Assembly: GCA_963816335.1 (NCBI GenBank)
Contig: CAWFKA010000009.1
Span: 360,392-424,391, forward strand
DNA length: 64,000 nt
Direction: 5' to 3'
Source: an uncultured Acidobacteriaceae bacterium
GTDB taxonomy: Bacteria; Acidobacteriota; Terriglobia; Terriglobales; Acidobacteriaceae
A program made the position numbers and the translations under genes. This document shows, piece by piece, positions 59,678-64,000 of this stretch. The notes below the pieces were generated by a model that saw nothing but the letters and a program-made list of their open reading frames with translations, ran no database searches and had not been told where the DNA came from. Within the stretch, counting starts at the first letter, position 1, and the number at the start of each line of letters is the position of its first letter.

Positions 59678-60164
59678 AAATTGAATTGAGTGCTCCTTAG
59701 CCTAAAGCTAACATGCACACGGTCTGCGCGCCGTATGTTCCCCAGGCGCGGAGATTTTGAGGGGGACCGCTAAACAATGGATAACCCCAGCAATCGAAGC
59801 TGACGAGCGTGGACTCGGCGACGACGTGGTTTCGGTCGTCCTCGCAGAGCGGAGCTCCAGCCCCACCACGGTTTAGGTTTTTGATAGGCCTGGGAGCATT
59901 CGTTCCAAGCCGGTTTGGCAATATTGGATGAGCGAATTCTCGTTCGATCAATCGCTGCCGAAATAGCTTTGCACAGTGGGGGGCTGGTGAAGTTACACGC
60001 GAAAAATGCAGCAACGAAAAAATCTCTGCGTCGGATGTCTTTTCGATGCCCAAACTATGAACAAACAGGAATCGTAATTCGCGGGTGTTAGGGGCTGAAG
60101 GGAACTCCGGCGACATTCAAGTTCTGGGCGTACAGCTTCGGGCTCACCTATCTCTGGCGGCAAG

Positions 60165-61898
60165 CTATACGACAGGCCTTGAAGGAAGCAGCTTGTCGTA
60201 TTCCGCAAGAGCAATCCGCAAAGCAGGGAAGATCTTGTCGCGGCCCATCGCGGCCGCGACTCCATAGCGTTCCAGCAGAGCTAGCATCGATGGTTCAACG
60301 TCAGTGAACACCAGGCTCACGCCCATTTCATTCAGCCGATCAACTAAAGCCAAAATTGTTCTGGCGGCTGTGTAATCCACGTCCGGGATGGTGTTGAAGC
60401 GCAGAGCAAACCAGCGCAGTGGAGTCTGTGCATTTCTCACGAGCGACAGCACCTCGGTCATGAAGAACTGAGAGTTGGCATAATACAAGGGCGCCGAGAA
60501 GCGGTAAAGCATCAGCCCTGGCAGCGCGGTCTGCTCGCTGGCGGTATCAATAAAGACGGGATGTCCATCCTGCGACAGCGTCAGCAAATGAGTCGGAGGG
60601 CGGTAGCTGCGGCGAATGTGATCGATTAGCGAAATGCCCACGGCCAGCAATATGCCCTCTTCCACTCCAACGAATGCTACGCAAAGCGCGGTGAGTATCG
60701 CGATCCAGAACTCTTCCCGCCGTTTACTGTAAAGGTCGGTCAGTCCCTTTACATCAATCAGCTTGAGTCCGATCAGGAAGACGACCGCAGACAACACCGC
60801 CGCGGGCATGAAGCTCAACGGCCGAGTGGCGAACAGCAACACGAGCATCACTACGGCCGCAGTGGTGAGCTGCGCCAACTGGCTGCGTCCGCCAGCCATG
60901 TCGACCATTTCAGTCTTAGTAGGACTGCCGTTGACCATAAATGTCCCACTGCATGCCGCAGCCACATTGGCAGCGGCAAGTCCGATCATGTCGCGGTTCT
61001 CTCCGAAGGTGTCGTTGTAGCGCAAGGCGTAGCTTCGGGAGGTGGCGGCGCTTTGCGCGATGATCACAATAACGCACGAAGCGGCTGTACCCATAAGCGC
61101 GGGCGCCATCGACCATGGCACGTGCGGCAAGCCGATATGCGGCAAGCCGCTTGGCACCGATCCGAGCGTCTGAACTCCAAATTGTTCCAACTTGAAAACA
61201 GCGCTGGCAATAATGGCTCCAACCACCGCCAGCAGAGCTGCGGGGAACCGTGGCGCTATTCGTCCGAGTCCTACGATGACGAGCAATACACATCCTGAAA
61301 CGATGGCCGTCGACTTCTGGGTCTGGTCGATATTGCGGATGGTGTTCGTTATCATGCCGACGGTGCCATGCAAGTGTTTCGGAATGCCGAAGAGAGAGGG
61401 GAGCTCTCCGCATGCCACCTGGATGCCGACTCCCGTCAGGAACCCTGTCAGAGCACTTCGCGAAAGAAAGTCGGCAAGAAATCCAAGGCGAAAGACTCGC
61501 GCAACAACAAGCAAGCCCGCGCACAAAAGCGCCAGCAGACCAGCGAGTGCGACGTATTCCGGGCTGTAGGCAGCGGCGAATCTTACCAGAACTCCGGCCA
61601 TGATCGCGGCCGTTGCGGAGTCGGCTGCGACTGCGAGATGCCGAGACGATCCCAGGATGGCAAAGATGATGATGGGCAGCACGAGCGTGTAGAGTCCAGT
61701 GACTACCGGAGTGAGCGAGATCTTGGTATATCCCATCACCTCCGGTATTCCAAGGGCAGCCAGAGTAATGCCCGCGAAGACGTCCTTGGCGATCTCCTGC
61801 CGCTGAATAGGCAGGAGGCCATTAAACAGACCGAACCTGCTTATTACGCTCGTGTTCGTCTTCATGCTTCTCCTGACATCGAGAGATTCAAGCGGCAC
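60165..61898 (-). CDS. SulP family anion transporter with C-terminal STAS domain
   Basis: DVFAGITLAALGIPEVMGYTKI, multiple TM segments, and a STAS-like tail (LYRFSAPLYYANSQFF...DVDYTAARTILALVDRL). Confidence 0.9.
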   Translation of the reverse strand: MPLESLDVRRSMKTNTSVISRFGLFNGLLPIQRQEIAKDVFAGITLAALGIPEVMGYTKISLTPVVTGLYTLVLPIIIFAILGSSRHLAVAADSATAAIMAGVLVRFAAAYSPEYVALAGLLALLCAGLLVVARVFRLGFLADFLSRSALTGFLTGVGIQVACGELPSLFGIPKHLHGTVGMITNTIRNIDQTQKSTAIVSGCVLLVIVGLGRIAPRFPAALLAVVGAIIASAVFKLEQFGVQTLGSVPSGLPHIGLPHVPWSMAPALMGTAASCVIVIIAQSAATSRSYALRYNDTFGENRDMIGLAAANVAAACSGTFMVNGSPTKTEMVDMAGGRSQLAQLTTAAVVMLVLLFATRPLSFMPAAVLSAVVFLIGLKLIDVKGLTDLYSKRREEFWIAILTALCVAFVGVEEGILLAVGISLIDHIRRSYRPPTHLLTLSQDGHPVFIDTASEQTALPGLMLYRFSAPLYYANSQFFMTEVLSLVRNAQTPLRWFALRFNTIPDVDYTAARTILALVDRLNEMGVSLVFTDVEPSMLALLERYGVAAAMGRDKIFPALRIALAEYDKLLPSRPVV

Positions 61899-61996
61899 TC
61901 GGGCTCAGCCGGCCCGTAACGGTTCTGCCTATCTGCTGAGGGTGGATTACCCGGGTTGCTGGCTTCTGGATGTTGTCCGTAGCTTCCGCGAATCCG

Positions 61997-62413
61997 TCAC
62001 TTCGCTCGCAGAAGTAGAACAGGCACGCTAATACTGTGCTGGACTCGCATAGCCGTCGTGCCAAGAAACAAGTCGGCAAGAAACCTGTGTCCGTGAGTAC
62101 TCATCGCCACCAAGTCGCAACCCTTCTGCTCGACCCAATTAACAATTCCCTTGACGGGATCGCCATATGCCAGTTCGGCCTCCGCTGGAATGCCAATGGA
62201 CTTAAACTCTTCGCGAATCTTTGCCAAATACGCTGTATCTTCGGCGATTTCCGAACTTACAGCATCTGGGCCATAGGTTCTGGCGGCCCATCCATCCGCA
62301 ACGTGAAGCAGCACCACGCGGCTTTGCGCGAGTTTAGCGAGCTGCTTGACGTGTTCGATAATCGCTCGGTCAGTTGGCGTACTGTCTAACGTCACTAGAA
62401 TCGTTTTGTACAT
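61997..62413 (-). CDS. universal stress protein (UspA family)
   Basis: MYKTILVTLDSTPTDRAIIEHV...LVAMSTHGHRFLADLFLGTTAMRVQHSISVPVLLL. The start is taken at ATG 62413. Confidence 0.85.
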   Translation of the reverse strand: MYKTILVTLDSTPTDRAIIEHVKQLAKLAQSRVVLLHVADGWAARTYGPDAVSSEIAEDTAYLAKIREEFKSIGIPAEAELAYGDPVKGIVNWVEQKGCDLVAMSTHGHRFLADLFLGTTAMRVQHSISVPVLLLRAK

Positions 62414-62441
62414 TGTTGTTCCGTTCCTGCGATCCTTGGCA

Positions 62442-63842
62442 TCAGCCGCCGGCGATAACATGCCAAGCCGCTCTGAGCGAGTCTGGCAAACCGTAGATGT
62501 CCATCACGGTGATGAGAATAGCACTGCCCCAACCCGCCATCAGCAGGAACCGGCCGTTCTTCCATTTTCCCATTCGCTTGCGGGAACTCGTGAAGTGCAG
62601 GAGCGGAAACATTGCGAACGGAAGCTGAAGCGCCAACACTACTTGGCTGAGGGTCAACAGATCGGTAACGCTGCCATCGCCACGGAGCCCGATGATAAAG
62701 ACCGCTGGCAGGATTGCCAGCGTGCGCGTGATGAGCCGCCGTACCCAGGGTTGGATTCGCCAATGCATGAAGCCTTCCATCACGACCTGTCCGGCGAGCG
62801 TTCCGGTAATAGTGCTGCTTTGGCCGCTTGCGAGCAGCGCTACAGCAAACAGCGTGCTGGCAGCAACCGTTCCCATCAGCGGCGCCAGCGTCAAATATGC
62901 GATCCGAATCCAATCACTGTCGGAGCTGAACGTGACCACCTGCCCGCCCGCGACGACGAGACTTTCCTTACCAAAGAACACCGTCGCCGCTAGTACCAGA
63001 ATTGCTGCATTAACGAAGAAGGCCATCGTCAGGGCCACGATTGAATCGATCGTGTTGAACTGAATTGCACGCCGGATCGACAATTCGTCCTGCTGAAGCT
63101 TTCGGCTCTGTACCAGCGCTGAGTGCAGATAAAGATTGTGCGGCATAACGGTTGCGCCGATGATTCCGATAGCAACGTACAACATCCCCGCCTGACGGAG
63201 ATGGGGCTCAATCAGCGCACGGCCCATTTCCAGAAAACTCGGTCGGGTCTGTGGAAGTACGAAGAGTTCGATGAAGAAGCAGATTGCGATTGTCGCGATC
63301 AACAGCAAGACCACTGCTTCAATGGTGCGCATCCCGAACCTCTGCAACGTCAAGAGCAGGAGTACGTCCAGGCCGGTGATGATAACCGCCCACAGGAGCG
63401 GGATATGAAACAGCAAGTTGAGGGCTACGGCGCTCCCGAGTACCTCTGCCAAATCGCATGCGCCAATGGCTAATTCGCTCATCAGCCAGTTGGGCCAACG
63501 GGTCCACTTTGGATACCAATCGCGGCAACATTGGGCAAGATCCTTTCCCGTTACGACGCCCAATCGCGAAGAGATAACTTGCATGAAAATGGCCATCAGG
63601 CTGGCGAGGCCGACTACCCACAGGAGTCCGTACTTAAACTGAGCACCTGCCTGCAGGTCAGTTCCCCAATTGCCCGGGTCCATGTATCCAACGCTAACGA
63701 GGATCGCGGGGCCTACAAATGCTCGCCACTGTTTCCAAAAGCCGGCGCGATGATCAGGGACCTCGATGGAGCTGTGCACCCCTTCCAAAGACACATGCCC
63801 GCTCTTTGTGTCGATCCGGTCTTCTGGTACCGAATCATTCAT
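62442..63842 (-). CDS. mntH: NRAMP family divalent metal (Mn2+/Fe2+) transporter
   Basis: GPAILVSVGYMDPGNWGTDLQAG (the DPGN motif), ATVMPHNLYLHS, and about 11 TM segments. Confidence 0.9.
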   Translation of the reverse strand: MNDSVPEDRIDTKSGHVSLEGVHSSIEVPDHRAGFWKQWRAFVGPAILVSVGYMDPGNWGTDLQAGAQFKYGLLWVVGLASLMAIFMQVISSRLGVVTGKDLAQCCRDWYPKWTRWPNWLMSELAIGACDLAEVLGSAVALNLLFHIPLLWAVIITGLDVLLLLTLQRFGMRTIEAVVLLLIATIAICFFIELFVLPQTRPSFLEMGRALIEPHLRQAGMLYVAIGIIGATVMPHNLYLHSALVQSRKLQQDELSIRRAIQFNTIDSIVALTMAFFVNAAILVLAATVFFGKESLVVAGGQVVTFSSDSDWIRIAYLTLAPLMGTVAASTLFAVALLASGQSSTITGTLAGQVVMEGFMHWRIQPWVRRLITRTLAILPAVFIIGLRGDGSVTDLLTLSQVVLALQLPFAMFPLLHFTSSRKRMGKWKNGRFLLMAGWGSAILITVMDIYGLPDSLRAAWHVIAGG

Positions 63843-64000
63843 GTCCTACTCCGAGATTCATGCGAAACATTCTCCTCGAACCAGGAATTTTGCGTTCTCC
63901 GACGCGGTGCCGTTGCATCCATCGCATTGTTGGGACCCCGGGTGCAATGCCTATGCCTCCAACCTGGCCATACGTTCGGCTGTTTCCCCCAATGGTTGTG

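Noticed and set aside
63843-64000. Mn (yybP-ykoY) riboswitch or other leader upstream of mntH
   Set aside because: Only a GGGGAAAC stretch is present, with no convincing four-helix consensus. The leader is also cut by the window edge.
1-64000. CRISPR arrays, rRNA genes, additional intact tRNAs
   Set aside because: No regularly spaced short direct repeats and no rRNA-like segments were seen. The three other tRNA-like stretches lack 5' halves and are att cores, not genes.

Overview
The window looks like an Acidobacteriota (Terriglobia-like) chromosome segment. Supporting hallmarks are CarboxypepD_reg-type TonB-dependent receptors, an ADOP-type FtsX permease paired with PadR, and a GH79 glucuronidase. 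All calls rest on reading the supplied translations and the DNA by eye; no searches were run and GC content was not computed.

Layout:
1. 1-11.5 kb is an intact hexuronate/glucuronide utilisation locus: SDR, UxaC, a LarA-like enzyme, KdgK, a cupin, a TonB-dependent receptor (TBDR), a GntR/FadR regulator and GH79. A 13-nt palindrome is shared by the TBDR and gntR/GH79 upstream regions.
2. A tRNA-Leu(CAA) gene lies at 11541-11627. Three further same-orientation copies of its 3' ~55 nt follow at 25.4, 43.1 and 55.6 kb. Each has conserved flanking arms at fixed spacing. I read this as tandem accretion of integrative islands, none of which retains a recombinase gene.
3. Island E1 (11.6-25.4 kb) has an intact GH95 and PadR and an Asp-box propeller protein with a possible pore-forming C-terminal half. 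Everything else in it is a multiply frameshifted pseudogene.
4. Island E2 (25.5-43.2 kb) carries mixed cargo: an SDR, a ToxR-like membrane regulator, a carboxylesterase, YceI, a SnoaL-like protein and an FG-GAP protein. It also has a second, broken GH79, a catalytically dead trypsin-like gene interrupted at a G6 tract, an IS66 remnant, a TonB_C protein and a Zn-peptidase.
5. Island E3 (43.2-55.7 kb) is a metal-acquisition island: three TBDRs (two each preceded by a small Cys/His protein), a NikR plus His-rich protein pair, and a decayed conjugative relaxase-helicase at its right end.
6. After 55.7 kb come a DoxX-like protein, a GH9-like protein, SulP, Usp and MntH.

No rRNA or CRISPR array was seen.
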